From Vulcanimicrobiota bacterium (GTDB taxonomy: Bacteria > Vulcanimicrobiota > Vulcanimicrobiia > Vulcanimicrobiales > Vulcanimicrobiaceae): a stretch of 64,000 bases of DNA. Positions 21,216 to 31,747 of this stretch are shown piece after piece; positions within the stretch are counted from its first letter, which is position 1; each line of letters starts with the position of its first letter. Below the pieces are notes generated by a model. It ran no database searches, had not been told where the DNA came from, and saw nothing but the letters and a program-made list of their open reading frames with translations. A program made the position numbers and the translations under genes. The stretch spans positions 352,001 to 416,000 of the forward strand of contig CAVZQC010000004.1 of the NCBI GenBank assembly GCA_963777315.1. Direction: 5' to 3'.

Positions 21216-22016
21216 TTTCGATAAAGTCCGCTCGCGAGATAGAAACGATGCGCCGCAGCGGCAAGATCACCGCCAAGGTCTTGGGCGATCTGATGCGCGC
21301 AGCCAAGCCCGGAATGACGACCGGCGAACTCGACCGCATGGCCGAGCAAGGGATCCGCTCGATGGGCGCAATCCCGACGTTCAAAGGCTATCACGGCTTT
21401 CCGTGCTCGATTTGCACGTCGGTGAACCAGCAAGTCGTACACGGCATTCCGGGGCGGTACGTGCTGGCCGAAGGAGACCTGCTCTCGATCGACATCGGCG
21501 CCACCTTGGATGGTTACGTGAGCGACAGTGCCGTGACGGTTCCAATCGGCAACGTCAGCGCGGCCGCGGCGCGGCTCATGAGCGTTACTCAGGAGTGTCT
21601 CATGATCGGCATCGCGCAGATGCGCGCAGGCGGCCGGCTCGGAGATATCGGCCATGCCGTACAGCAGCATGCCGAATCCCATGGATACGGTGTTGTACGC
21701 GAGCTGAGTCGGCCACGGCGTTGGAACGAAGATGCACGAAGAGCCTCAGGTCCCCAACTACGGGCGCGCGGGCTCGGGCATCGAACTTCGGCCCGGGCTG
21801 GTTCTGGCGATAGAGCCCATGATCACCCAGGGCCATTACGCGGTGCAGACGCTCGAAGACGGCTGGACAGTGGTCGCGGCAGATGGTAAACTCGCAGCGC
21901 ACTTCGAGCACACGATCGCCGTGACGGACGACGGCCCGAAAGTTTTGACCCTGCGCGACATCGGCGAACATCCCGACGCGGAAAAGTACCGCCCCAAAGC
22001 CGAGATCGCGGCCTAA
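21212..22016 (+). CDS. map: Methionine aminopeptidase type I; +1 frameshift near 21706 (probable sequencing error)
   Basis: VVHGIP, IDIG, then ELVGHGVG..MHEEP after correction; AIEPM, AHFEHTI. Confidence 0.95.
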
Positions 22017-22020
22017 CCGC

Positions 22021-22047
22021 ATGCCATCCAGGAAACGCCAACAATGA
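22021..22047 (+). CDS. Spacer mini-[11 protein letters not shown]
   Basis: Starts 4 nt after map stop; ATGA overlap with rpmJ start. Confidence 0.3.
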   Translation: MPSRKRQQ

Positions 22048-22160
22048 AAGTCAGACCCTCGGTAAAGCGCATTTGCGAAAAATGCAAAATCATTCGTCGC
22101 GACGGCAAAGTTCGCGTCATTTGCGAGGCCAATCCCAAGCACAAACAGGTGCAGGGGTAG
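22044..22160 (+). CDS. rpmJ: 50S ribosomal protein L36 (below the ORF track size cutoff)
   Basis: [38 protein letters not shown]. Confidence 0.97.
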   Translation: MKVRPSVKRICEKCKIIRRDGKVRVICEANPKHKQVQG

Positions 22161-22189
22161 AGCGGTCTTTGATGAGAGAAGAGGAATAA

Positions 22190-22576
22190 ATGGCCCGTAT
22201 TGCCGGCATCGACCTGCCCCGCGATAAACGCATCGAGGTTGCGCTGACGTATATCTTCGGCATCGGCTTGCCCACGGCGCAAAAGCTGCTGGCAGGCGCG
22301 GGCATCAGCCCGGACCTTCGCGTGAAAGAACTGTCCGAGGACCACGAGAAGAAGCTGCGCGACGCCATCGATCAAGCCGCCATCAAGGTCGAGGGCGATC
22401 TGCGTCGCGAGGTGGGCTCGCACATCAAGCGCTTAATGGACATCGGCTGCTACCGCGGCGTGCGGCACCGGCGCGGTCTGCCGGCGCGAGGCCAGCGTAC
22501 GAAAACCAACGCGCGCACTCGCAAAGGGCCCAAAAAAACCGTCGGAAACAAAAAGAAAACCGCCGCCAAGAAGTAA
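22190..22576 (+). CDS. rpsM: 30S ribosomal protein S13
   Basis: [36 protein letters not shown]. Confidence 0.98.
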   Translation: MARIAGIDLPRDKRIEVALTYIFGIGLPTAQKLLAGAGISPDLRVKELSEDHEKKLRDAIDQAAIKVEGDLRREVGSHIKRLMDIGCYRGVRHRRGLPARGQRTKTNARTRKGPKKTVGNKKKTAAKK

Positions 22577-22597
22577 CGCCGTCACACCGCAGCGCCA

Positions 22598-23452
22598 GTG
22601 ATCTACGTCGGCACCTGCGGCTACGCGTACAAAGATTGGGCGGGGCCGTTTTATCCGCGCACCGTCCGGCCGCGGGAAATGCTGGCGTACTACGCGAGCT
22701 GCTTCGGGGCCGTGGAAATCGACGCTTCATATTACGGCGCGCTGCGGCCGGAGCAGGTCGCACGCATGGTCGCCGGCACGCCGCCGGCATTTCGCTTCTG
22801 CTTCAAGGTTCCCCAGACCGTGACCCATCCGGCGGATCCGGCCGCCGCTGGCATTCACCCCGATGCCCAAACGTTCGTTGAAAGTCTTGGGCCGGCGATC
22901 GATTCGGGCAAGTTCGGGTGCGCGCTCGCGCAGTTCCCCAATTCGTTCAAACCGACGCCCACTGCGCAAACCTATTTCGAGCGCGTGGTGGAAGCGCTCA
23001 AGCCGCTGCGTTTGATCGCCGAGTTCCGCCATCGGGAATGGCAAAACGCGCGCACGTTCGAATTGCTTTGCCGTCTGGACGTCGGGTGGTGCAACGTCGA
23101 CATGCCCGGCTATGAGACGTTGATGCATCCGAGCTCGGACGTTACCGGAGAGATTGGCTACGTGCGCTTTCACGGCCGAAACGCCGCGCGCTGGTGGACG
23201 GGAAATAACACCACGCGATACGACTACGAGTACGAAGCCGGCGAGTTGCAGCCTTGGACGAACCGGGTTGCCGATATCGACGAGCACGCGCAGACGACGT
23301 ATGCGTTCTTCAACAATCACGCTCGCGGCAACGCGCCGAGAAATGCCGAGCTGTTCGTCGAGATGCTGCGCGAGCGATACGGTGCTGCTGCAGACGGCGT
23401 TCTCCCCAAACTGAAGGGAGCTCCGGCGCAAGCCTCACTGTTCGAGCAGTAA
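22598..23452 (+). CDS. DUF72 (YecE-like) protein
   Basis: IYVGTCGY, VEIDASYY, EFRH..W, YVRFHGRN, FFNNH. Confidence 0.9.
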   Translation: MIYVGTCGYAYKDWAGPFYPRTVRPREMLAYYASCFGAVEIDASYYGALRPEQVARMVAGTPPAFRFCFKVPQTVTHPADPAAAGIHPDAQTFVESLGPAIDSGKFGCALAQFPNSFKPTPTAQTYFERVVEALKPLRLIAEFRHREWQNARTFELLCRLDVGWCNVDMPGYETLMHPSSDVTGEIGYVRFHGRNAARWWTGNNTTRYDYEYEAGELQPWTNRVADIDEHAQTTYAFFNNHARGNAPRNAELFVEMLRERYGAAADGVLPKLKGAPAQASLFEQ

Positions 23453-25652
23453 CTTCGCACGAGCGGCGCGAGCCACGGCACGGTCCGAAAACGGCAGCGG
23501 CTGCAGTTCGCCGCGTACCCACGCGGCGCTCGCGTCGTTGTAATGAGGCGAACCGATCTCGCCGGACTCGCCGCTGGGTAAACTCAAACCTCCGCGATCC
23601 CAGGCGCCGACTTCCCAAACGGCGCGAAAGCTCTGCGACAGAGCGGGGGTTTGGACTCGAATCGTGTACTCGTCGCCGTCGCCGGGCAGCGTCGCCCCGT
23701 TCAAAAACGGAAAGCCGATCGGACCGAACGGATGCAGTATGCGCAGAGCTCCGGCTTGACTCCACGGCGCGGCTCGTTCGATGAAAGGATCGCGCAGCGC
23801 GTCGATCAGTTCGGGCGGCGGATCCCGGCGGCGAAGGGCCTCGAAGGGCGCGTACGGCGAAACGGAAGCGTCTTCGGCCGCAACGCGTAAGGCGTGCTCG
23901 AGCGTAGCGGTGCGCGACGGCGGGGAGAATGTACCGTCCCAGGCCGCCAAACGTCCGGCAACGGCGCTCGGTAGAAAACCGGGATGCGCTCGGGCGTAGT
24001 GCGCCAAACGGTGTGCGAACTCGGCGTCTGCAGGTGAGAGCGCATCGGTCTGCATCCGCGCGAAATACTGCGCGTCGAAATCCCGCCGGGCGTGCAGCAG
24101 AGTGGCAATCCGGTAAGCGCGATACGGCGGAGCAAACATCGGACTGAGGCGGTAAGGGTATCCGTTTGCGTACATTTTGTTGTTGGCGCTCACGAGCACG
24201 GCAGAGTGCGAAGGAGCAACCGACGGCAGGCGCGTGTAGGGAACCGCAGCAAAACGGGTGCGCAGTTCCGCCGCACCGTGCACGTACCGTCCCCAGGCGG
24301 GATCGTCGGGGATGGGACCCGCGAGATGATAGGCGACTTGCCCGCTGCTCCCCGCAAGCAAGAAATTTTGCGCAGGGCCGGAGTACTGCGACAATATCGA
24401 AAGCGCCGGCCGCAGACCGTGCGCGCGATCCAGCGCAAGGATCGTGCTGACGGCCGATCGCGTGTCGGAATACGGCGTCCACCGTACGAGGACCAAACCC
24501 TGCGCGGTTTGCGCGGCCTCGCCGTATTCACGAGACGTGCGGTAATACCGTTTGATCGCGTCGCGCGCGAACCGCACGTGGAAAATTTCCGTCTGCCAAT
24601 TTGCGGCGGAGAGCTTTCCCGCGCGAAAAACGCTCAGCGTGGCAACCATGGCGTTCGTTGTGGCCCAAGCGATGCGCTCGTTGTGGCCCAGCAGGACGCC
24701 CGGTATCCCGGCGATGGTCACACCGGCCACGTGCAGACCGGGGGCGCGCATTTCGACCGCGTACCAGATGCCCGGAATGCCCGCGCGCAAGTGCGGATCG
24801 TTGGCGAGCAGAGCGCGGCCGCTGCGCGAGCGTGCGCCTCCGGCGGCCCACGCGTTGCTGCCGATACCGGAGATTCGAACGTTCGGACCGGTACGCCAGG
24901 CAGCTCTGCAACAGCGGCGCCGAACGGCGCAATCGAACGGCAGTGTCGGAAACGTCGTAGTCGGGATCCGATAGCGGGAGTAATTGGCTGTATTCGCGAC
25001 GCGTGAACGATCGCCACAGGCGGTCTCGTTCCAGAACGTTGCCCGCAGTATCGCCCAGCGATGCCGAAATGGCCAGCGTGACGGCAAGACAATCCTGCGG
25101 CGCCCACGGTCGGGGATGGTAGAGCAGCAAACGAAATTCGACCGGCAACGGCTGCGTGCGCATTGCGGCATTCACCCCGTCGCTGAACGCCGACAGCGCG
25201 ATTCTGTCGTCGCCGGCAAGATGCCGCCACTGCCTGTGCACGACGTCGCGAACATCCAGAGCGCGCATCGTTTCGTCGCTCGGAAGTTGAATGGGTCCTA
25301 AAACTTCCGCAAGCCGGCCGTAGACGTACCGCCGGAAGAGATCCATTTGGAACAGCCGATCCGATCCTTGAGCGAAGCCCTCGGCAAAATACGCGTCGTG
25401 CGCGTTGCGGGCCCGAATGTGCGGTATGCCGCGGCTATCGCGATAGATCGCCGCCGGCGCGCGAACGCTCATGCCGGTCAGCGTGCCGTCCGTCACGGCG
25501 CCGGTCCGGATGCCGGCTAAGACGTATGCGGTGTACAGGAGGGCGCATGCAACCGCTACGGCGGCCCAAGCTTTGAGGTCGCGAAGGAGCCGGCCCGGCA
25601 CTCCGGCGTGAAATGCCCGAACGGCGCGTTCTTTTTCGATGAGGTCGGCCAT
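23435..25652 (-). CDS. Penicillin acylase family (peptidase S45); +1 frameshift around 24870-24910
   Basis: RDSRGIPHI, DRLFQMD in the upstream frame; GSNAW, LLANDPHL, GHNERIAW, SGESG downstream. Confidence 0.88.
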
Positions 25653-25714
25653 GCTGCTGCTCGTACTGCATTGTACACCGAAGGAAAGCCGGGCGAGTCA
25701 AAAAAACCGCCGGA

Positions 25715-26458
25715 ATGCAGCTTGCCGCCGTCATCACCGCCGGAGGCCGGGTCGGCGGTGACTTCGCGCGCGCCATCGGTACGCAGGTCAAAGCGCTGGC
25801 GCCTTTTGGCGGCTCGACGATGTTAGAGCGCACGGTCGCGGCCGTGCGTGAAGCGGGGATCGACCGCGTTGCCGTCGTCGGCGGCAGTGAAGTACGGCGC
25901 GCCTGCGGCGGCATGGTCGATCGCATGCTGGACGAAAGCGCCGGCGGTGCGGAGAACTTGCGGATCGCGCTGCACGCGTGGGAGGATCGCACCCGGCTGC
26001 TCTATCTGACCAGCGATATGCCCTTCGTCTGCGCCGATGCGCTGCGGGCCTTCGTGCGAGCGGCGCCGCCGAACGCGCTGGGACTTGCATTAGCGCAGTG
26101 GAGTGAGTTTATTGCACGCTTTCCGGGTGCGCCCGAATTCGGGATCGTCCTGGCCGGCGAGCACGTGGTGAACGGGGGCGCGTTCATGATTCCTGCGGGC
26201 GCGGCGCGGCGCATCGAACGCGTCGCGGCTCCGTTCTTCAACGCGCGTAAGAATGTGTGGAGCATGGCGCGGCTTGCAGGTCCCGCGCTGCTGGCGCGCT
26301 TTGCCGTCGGCAGGCTCGGCGTCGCGCAGCTCGAGTCGCGCGCGCACCGTCTGCTCGGAATACCCGCAAAAGCCGTGCACGGCGCAGCGCCCGAGCTCGC
26401 GTACGACGTCGACGTTTTGGAAGAATACCGGTATGCGGTCCAGCACGAGAGCGCCTAA
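25715..26458 (+). CDS. MobA-like NTP transferase family protein
   Basis: VITAGG, KAL, TSDMPF, AYDVD. Confidence 0.8.
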   Translation: MQLAAVITAGGRVGGDFARAIGTQVKALAPFGGSTMLERTVAAVREAGIDRVAVVGGSEVRRACGGMVDRMLDESAGGAENLRIALHAWEDRTRLLYLTSDMPFVCADALRAFVRAAPPNALGLALAQWSEFIARFPGAPEFGIVLAGEHVVNGGAFMIPAGAARRIERVAAPFFNARKNVWSMARLAGPALLARFAVGRLGVAQLESRAHRLLGIPAKAVHGAAPELAYDVDVLEEYRYAVQHESA

Positions 26459-27620
26459 CACCGCCGCGCTGGGTGTATTTTGGTTGGGCATTCAAATGGT
26501 GTGGGGAGCTCTGCTGGGCGTGTCGCTTCAGGCTCGCGCGTCGCAGCTGGCACCGCAGCATGCGCTGTCGGCATACGCAACGTTGGCGGCCGTAGGCGCG
26601 GCAACGGCGGCAGTTACGCAGATCGCCGCGGGGGTCGCCTCGGATCGCCGCCGCGCGATGGGCAGCCGGCGCATCGAATTTTACGCGGTAGGGGCGATTG
26701 CAGCCGTAGGCGCGCTGTTTTGGTTTTATTCCGCGGCGACGTTTTCGCAGCTGCTTGGCGCGACCGCAGCCGTGCAATGCGCGCTGAACGTTGCAATCGG
26801 TCCTTATCAGGCGATCATCCCGGATTTTGTCAAAGACGAGCACACGGGAACGGCGTCTTCCTGGATGGCGGCACTTCAAAGCGCCGGAAATGCGGCAGGA
26901 GCGGTCGCAGCCGGCGTCATTTCGAATTCACGATTGGTCGCGCTTGCGATCGCGGCGGTTCTTTTGTCGACGTGCGCTGCAACCGTCGCGCAAGTACGCC
27001 GCCTCCCCATGCTTCCCGCAGCGCCGAAACCGCTGCAGATCGGCCGCTCGTTCGTCGATCTCTTCGTTTCACGCGCGCTCGTGTACTTGGGGTTTTACAC
27101 GCTCGTCGGATACCTGTATTTCTATGTTGCAAGCACGTTGAGCGGTAATGCGAAAATGATGACGGCCGCCGTGCTGCTCGTCTTCACGATGGCCGGCGTA
27201 CTCGGCGCTGCTGCAATTGCCGCGCCGGCGAACCGCGCGGATCGCCGCAGCGTGGCGACGCTCGGAGGCGCCGGTTTCATCCTTGCCGTGGCGGCCTTTC
27301 TCGTTTCGCACTCAGTCGCCGCAGTCGGCACAAGTGCGCTCATCGCAGGGATCGCCTGGGGTATTTTCTTAACGGCGGATTGGGCGCTGGGGTGCCGCTT
27401 GCTGCCGCGACATGCCTTGGCAACCGCGATGGGCGTTTGGAATCTTGCGCTGCTGGTGCCGCAAATCGCTGCACCCCTGATCGCAACCGGCGTTCTGAGC
27501 GCAGCACATGCGCTCGGCGGCGGGTCTGCTGCGCGCATTGCTTTCGAAATCGCCGCCGTGGAAGTCGCCGCAGGGATCGCGTGGATCTGGCGCCTGCCCG
27601 CTTCTACCCAGATCGGTTGA
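26433..27620 (+). CDS. MFS transporter
   Basis: About 12 hydrophobic segments; GVASDR motif; PYQAIIPD. Confidence 0.85.
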   Translation: MRSSTRAPNTAALGVFWLGIQMVWGALLGVSLQARASQLAPQHALSAYATLAAVGAATAAVTQIAAGVASDRRRAMGSRRIEFYAVGAIAAVGALFWFYSAATFSQLLGATAAVQCALNVAIGPYQAIIPDFVKDEHTGTASSWMAALQSAGNAAGAVAAGVISNSRLVALAIAAVLLSTCAATVAQVRRLPMLPAAPKPLQIGRSFVDLFVSRALVYLGFYTLVGYLYFYVASTLSGNAKMMTAAVLLVFTMAGVLGAAAIAAPANRADRRSVATLGGAGFILAVAAFLVSHSVAAVGTSALIAGIAWGIFLTADWALGCRLLPRHALATAMGVWNLALLVPQIAAPLIATGVLSAAHALGGGSAARIAFEIAAVEVAAGIAWIWRLPASTQIG

Positions 27621-27784
27621 GAGTTGAACGGCGGGGAATACTCCCTAAGGCTCTAGGGTAGGGGGAACCTTGAGTTCGCCCTCCCACGTTAGGGGGAATG
27701 GAGACCGAGCCTGCCTTTGCATAGGTACGCAAGCCGAACGGCCGCGTTGGTCTCAACCCAACATTCAGTTTTAGGGAGGCTACA

Positions 27785-29314
27785 TTGAAACGACTGAGCA
27801 CCGGAGTCCTGGCTTCGCTTATTGTGGCAAGTCTAGGACTCACTGCGGTCGCCGCTCCGTCGGGCCACGCGTCACGGGGAAACATTGGACATAACGTGAT
27901 CGCACAAGCCACGCCGAGTGCATCGCCCGCAGCGTCGGCGACGCCGATGTCGTCCGCTGCACCCGCTGCAACGCCGATGTCGTCGGCTGCACCCGCTGCA
28001 ACGCCGATGTCGTCCGCTGCACCCGCTGCGACGCCGATGGCATCGCCGGGCAGCACGACGGCGCCGGCTGCAACGCCGATGTCATCCGCCGCGCCCGCGG
28101 CGCCAACCACCACTACTCCGCCCGCGACGACGAACATGCCGCCGATGCAGTTCGGATCGCCGCCGTCGGGGGAAATCCCGATCCTTTTCAATGACCACCA
28201 CGTGTATTCCAAACCGGACGTTCTCAAACAAGGGCGCGTCCTTGCCGCGTTGGTTCGCGGCGGCACTATTCTCGTTCCGCTGCGCTCGATGTTCGAGCAG
28301 ATGGGCGCAACGGTTTCGTACAATTCGGGCAGCAAGACGGTCGACGTGACCAAACCCGGATCGGACGTACGCGTTACGGTGGGCAAACCGGAAGTCACAA
28401 TCAACGGTGAAACTCGGCCGCTGGACGTTCCGCCCATGATGTATCACGGGCAGATCCTCGTGCCGGTGCGCGTCATTTCCGAAGGCATGGGCGCGTACGT
28501 ACAATGGGTACCCGATCGCCGAATCGTCGTCGTTCGGTACGTAACTGCCACCCCGCCGCCTGCGCCTGCTCCGCCTCCGGCCGCAGCGCCGACCCCGTCA
28601 GCGACGCCTTCACCGCGGGCGGCAGTGCCGTACCAAGATCACTTCATTGCGGGCGACTACATCATCAGCCCCAAGGTATACAACGAGTTCAGCCCGGGCA
28701 ACACCGGTAAGAGCGGTTCGTATGCCGTGCGCGGCGCACTGGAGTTTAATCTCTTCAGCCTGCCGTGGATGATCGCCGGCGATTTCCGGCAATACCAGTA
28801 TCCGCACAACTGTCCGGACGTGCTGCCTGCACCTGCCGGTTCGGAGTGCAACGTCAACGTGATCGGCGGTTTGGGATCGACGTACGTTCCCGCGTTCACC
28901 GCTAAGGACACCGACGTCGACGCGCGTTTGGGACTCAAGATTGCCGATCCGCGCATCTACATCGGCGTGGGCTACTTGTTCCGCACCACCAACTACGGAT
29001 ACCCGCGCCAGAACGGCGTCGGGTTTGGGCTGGAAAAACTGCCCGATCTCGATCATGCGTTCTCGCTCTACGGCAGCGCGTACTATTATCCGAGCGTCAA
29101 AGGAACGTGCGGCACCGACGTATGTCCTACCGGCCCGTACGATCTGCAGTATCGCATCCTCAAGTACCAAATCGGCGGAACGCTCAACTTCGGGAATCCG
29201 ACGGGCGTGTTCCTCGACTTCGGTTGGCTGGGCGACCAAGGGCGCAACAAACAGAATGCGCCTGCGGACTTCACCCACAACGGCCCGTACGTGGGTCTCG
29301 GCATCCACTTCTAA
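27785..29314 (+). CDS. Secreted protein: Ala/Pro/Thr repeats, copper amine oxidase N-terminal-like domain, probable C-terminal beta-barrel
   Basis: GGGAGG SD plus TTG start; signal peptide; LVPLRSMFEQMGATVSY and LVPVRVISEGMGAYVQW; ends YVGLGIHF. Confidence 0.8.
   Translation: MKRLSTGVLASLIVASLGLTAVAAPSGHASRGNIGHNVIAQATPSASPAASATPMSSAAPAATPMSSAAPAATPMSSAAPAATPMASPGSTTAPAATPMSSAAPAAPTTTTPPATTNMPPMQFGSPPSGEIPILFNDHHVYSKPDVLKQGRVLAALVRGGTILVPLRSMFEQMGATVSYNSGSKTVDVTKPGSDVRVTVGKPEVTINGETRPLDVPPMMYHGQILVPVRVISEGMGAYVQWVPDRRIVVVRYVTATPPPAPAPPPAAAPTPSATPSPRAAVPYQDHFIAGDYIISPKVYNEFSPGNTGKSGSYAVRGALEFNLFSLPWMIAGDFRQYQYPHNCPDVLPAPAGSECNVNVIGGLGSTYVPAFTAKDTDVDARLGLKIADPRIYIGVGYLFRTTNYGYPRQNGVGFGLEKLPDLDHAFSLYGSAYYYPSVKGTCGTDVCPTGPYDLQYRILKYQIGGTLNFGNPTGVFLDFGWLGDQGRNKQNAPADFTHNGPYVGLGIHF
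27938..28100 (+). repeat. Coding tandem repeats, 30 bp unit (ATPMSSAAPA)
   Basis: ACGCCGATGTCGTCCGCTGCACCCGCTGCA-like unit: three adjacent copies plus two degenerate ones. Confidence 0.85.
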
Positions 29315-29331
29315 CCGGTCATTCGAGCAAG

Positions 29332-29363
29332 AAAATGGCTCCGTGCGAACGGAGCCATTTTTA
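29332..29363 (+). terminator. Intrinsic terminator
   Basis: AAAATGGCTCCGT-GCGA-ACGGAGCCATTTT followed by T residues. Confidence 0.88.
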
Positions 29364-29406
29364 TTGCCTGCCGCTTGCCTGCCGATCGGGGATGCCGCTA
29401 TGCTCC

Positions 29407-29435
29407 TTGACCGCGCCGGTATGCTCTAGTAGAAT
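29407..29435 (+). promoter_or_regulatory. Sigma70-type promoter for rpsK-rpsD-rpoA-rplQ
   Basis: TTGACC-17 nt-TAGAAT. Confidence 0.7.
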
Positions 29436-29643
29436 AACCTCTTGGCGCCGGCCTCTCTTCCGGCGCGCTCCGCGTGCTGTAGCCGCACCCCGGAGCCGGG
29501 CTCATTCGCCGGGAGTTCGAGATCAGATGGAACGCGTTCCAACCGCGTGAAGTCCAGGCGACGACACCGCTCTCGTTGAGCGGACAGGATAAAATTCGCA
29601 TCGCCATCCCGACCTCGCGCAACGGATGTCGCTGGAGCTGACT

Positions 29644-30039
29644 TTGGCAGCCAAGAAACAAGTCAAAACGCGCAAGAAGCGCGAGTTCAAAAACATTCAG
29701 TCCGGCGTGGCCCACGTTCACGCATCGTTCAACAACACGGTCGTAACGATTTCGGACAATCTGGGCAACGTCATCGCGTGGGCTTCGGCGGGAAATCTCG
29801 GCTTCAAAGGCTCGAAGAAGTCGACTCCGTTCGCCGCGCAAATGGCTGCCGAAGCGGTGGCGCGCAAGGCGATGGAGCACGGCATGAAGGCCACCGAAGT
29901 TCTGGTAAAAGGACCCGGCGCCGGTCGCGAAGCGGCAATCCGTTCGCTGCAGGCCACCGGTTTGGAGATCACGCTCATCAAAGACGTCACGCCGATCCCG
30001 CACAACGGCTGCCGGCCTCCAAAGCGCCGGCGCGTATAG
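29644..30039 (+). CDS. rpsK: 30S ribosomal protein S11
   Basis: GGAG plus TTG start; [27 protein letters not shown]. Confidence 0.97.
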   Translation: MAAKKQVKTRKKREFKNIQSGVAHVHASFNNTVVTISDNLGNVIAWASAGNLGFKGSKKSTPFAAQMAAEAVARKAMEHGMKATEVLVKGPGAGREAAIRSLQATGLEITLIKDVTPIPHNGCRPPKRRRV

Positions 30040-30048
30040 AGAGAACGC

Positions 30049-30705
30049 ATGTCACGCTATACTGGACCCGTATGCCGTTTATGCCGTCGCGAAACCGCGG
30101 CGAGCAAAACGGGCGAAAAAATCAAACTGTTTCTCAAAGGCGACCGCTGTTTGAGCAAAAAGTGCGCCGTCGAGCGCCGCGGCACGGCGCCGGGCCAGAA
30201 GACGCAAGGCAAACAGCGTCAAAAGGTTTCCGAATACGGCCGTCAGCTGCGAGAGAAGCAGAAGATGCGCCGGTATTACGGCGTGCACGAAACGCAGTTC
30301 GAGAATTACTTTCGCGAAGCCGCACGCGTTCCGGGTCAGACGGGCCGCACCTTCCTGCAGCTGCTCGAGCGCCGTCTTGACAACGTCGTCTATCGTTTGA
30401 ATTTGGCGAACAGCCGCGCGCAGGCGCGCCAACTCGTTACCCACCGCCATTTCCGCGTGAACGACCGGCTGGTCAATATTCCTTCGTACATCCTCAAAAC
30501 CGGCGACGTGATCAGCGTCGGCGAACGCAGCAAGAAATCGCCGGTGTTCGAATCGAATTTCGAGGTTGCGCGAAACCGCCGAGCTCCCGAGTGGCTCGAG
30601 TACAACGACGCGGATCAGTCCGCGCGCGTGGTGCAGCTGCCCAGCCGCGAGCAGATCGACACGCCGGTCGACGAGCAGCTGATCGTCGAATATTATTCTC
30701 GTTAG
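30049..30705 (+). CDS. rpsD: 30S ribosomal protein S4
   Basis: [34 protein letters not shown]. Confidence 0.98.
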   Translation: MSRYTGPVCRLCRRETAASKTGEKIKLFLKGDRCLSKKCAVERRGTAPGQKTQGKQRQKVSEYGRQLREKQKMRRYYGVHETQFENYFREAARVPGQTGRTFLQLLERRLDNVVYRLNLANSRAQARQLVTHRHFRVNDRLVNIPSYILKTGDVISVGERSKKSPVFESNFEVARNRRAPEWLEYNDADQSARVVQLPSREQIDTPVDEQLIVEYYSR

Positions 30706-30820
30706 CCTTTTTTACGCGAGAAACCAGTAACCAAAGCCGCTCCTAGGCGTGCGATCGCAGGCGACCCCGTGGTCTGCTGCGGATAACGTAAGGAGCAATA
30801 AAGGAACCCGAACACCGACC

Positions 30821-31747
30821 ATGACCGTATTGGATATGCCGCAAGGCGCAAGCATCGAAGTACGCGAGCGCCGCGATAACTACGCCAAGTTCGTGATCGA
30901 GCCGCTGGAACGCGGCTTCGGCATCACGCTCGGCAACGCGCTGCGGCGGATACTGCTCAGTTCCATCCCCGGAGCCGCCGTCACGTACATGAAGATCGAC
31001 GGTGTGCTGCACGAATTTTCGACCATCCCGGGAATCGTCGAAGACACCATCGCCCTGATGCTCAATCTCAAGGGCCTGCCCGTCAAGCTCAACACCGACG
31101 AACCCAAAGTGCTCACGCTCAGCGCGGGCGGCGAAAAGGAAGTGACCGCAGCCGATATCGCACCCGACGCCGACGTCGAGGTGCTGGATCCCGGCTATCA
31201 CATCGCTACGCTGTCTTCCAAGTCCGCCAAGCTCTCGATGGAGATCGGCATAGAAACCGGGCGCGGTTACGTTACGGCCGATCGCCAGCGCAACGTCGAG
31301 CACATGATCGGGCTCATCCCGCTGGACTCGATCTTCTCGCCCATCCGCAAAGTCAACTTCACGGTAGACGATACGCGCGTGGGTCAGAACGTGGACTTCG
31401 ACCGCCTTACCATCGAAATGGAAACCAACGGCTCGGTGACGCCCGACGAGGCGCTGGCCACAGCAGCCCAGATCATGCAAGAGCAGCTGGACTTGTTCGT
31501 CGACTTCACCAACGAAGAGAAGCCGTTGCCTCAGGCGCCGACCAGCGAATGGGACATTCCGGTCGAAACGCTCAACCTTTCCGTGCGCTCCTTCAATTGC
31601 CTCAAACGAGCGGGAATCTCCAAGGTTTCCGAATTGCTCGACATGAGTGAGGACGAGATCATCAAAATGCGCAACTTCGGCAAGAAGTCGCTGGACGAGA
31701 TCAAGCAAGTTCTCGAAGAACGCGGCCTCTCGCTGCGCCCGTCATGA
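30821..31747 (+). CDS. rpoA: RNA polymerase alpha subunit
   Basis: EPLERGFGITLGNALRR, LSVRSFNCLKRA, NFGKKSL. Confidence 0.98.
   Translation: MTVLDMPQGASIEVRERRDNYAKFVIEPLERGFGITLGNALRRILLSSIPGAAVTYMKIDGVLHEFSTIPGIVEDTIALMLNLKGLPVKLNTDEPKVLTLSAGGEKEVTAADIAPDADVEVLDPGYHIATLSSKSAKLSMEIGIETGRGYVTADRQRNVEHMIGLIPLDSIFSPIRKVNFTVDDTRVGQNVDFDRLTIEMETNGSVTPDEALATAAQIMQEQLDLFVDFTNEEKPLPQAPTSEWDIPVETLNLSVRSFNCLKRAGISKVSELLDMSEDEIIKMRNFGKKSLDEIKQVLEERGLSLRPS

Noticed and set aside
18652..22016. rplO, secY and map as pseudogenes or programmed frameshifts
   Set aside because: Essential genes, otherwise intact, no slippery sequences; the same insertion pattern occurs in 16S rRNA
30706..30820. Bridging mini-ORF in the rpsD-rpoA spacer
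   Set aside because: No start codon near the rpsD stop; an exception to the relay pattern, as is fusA-tuf
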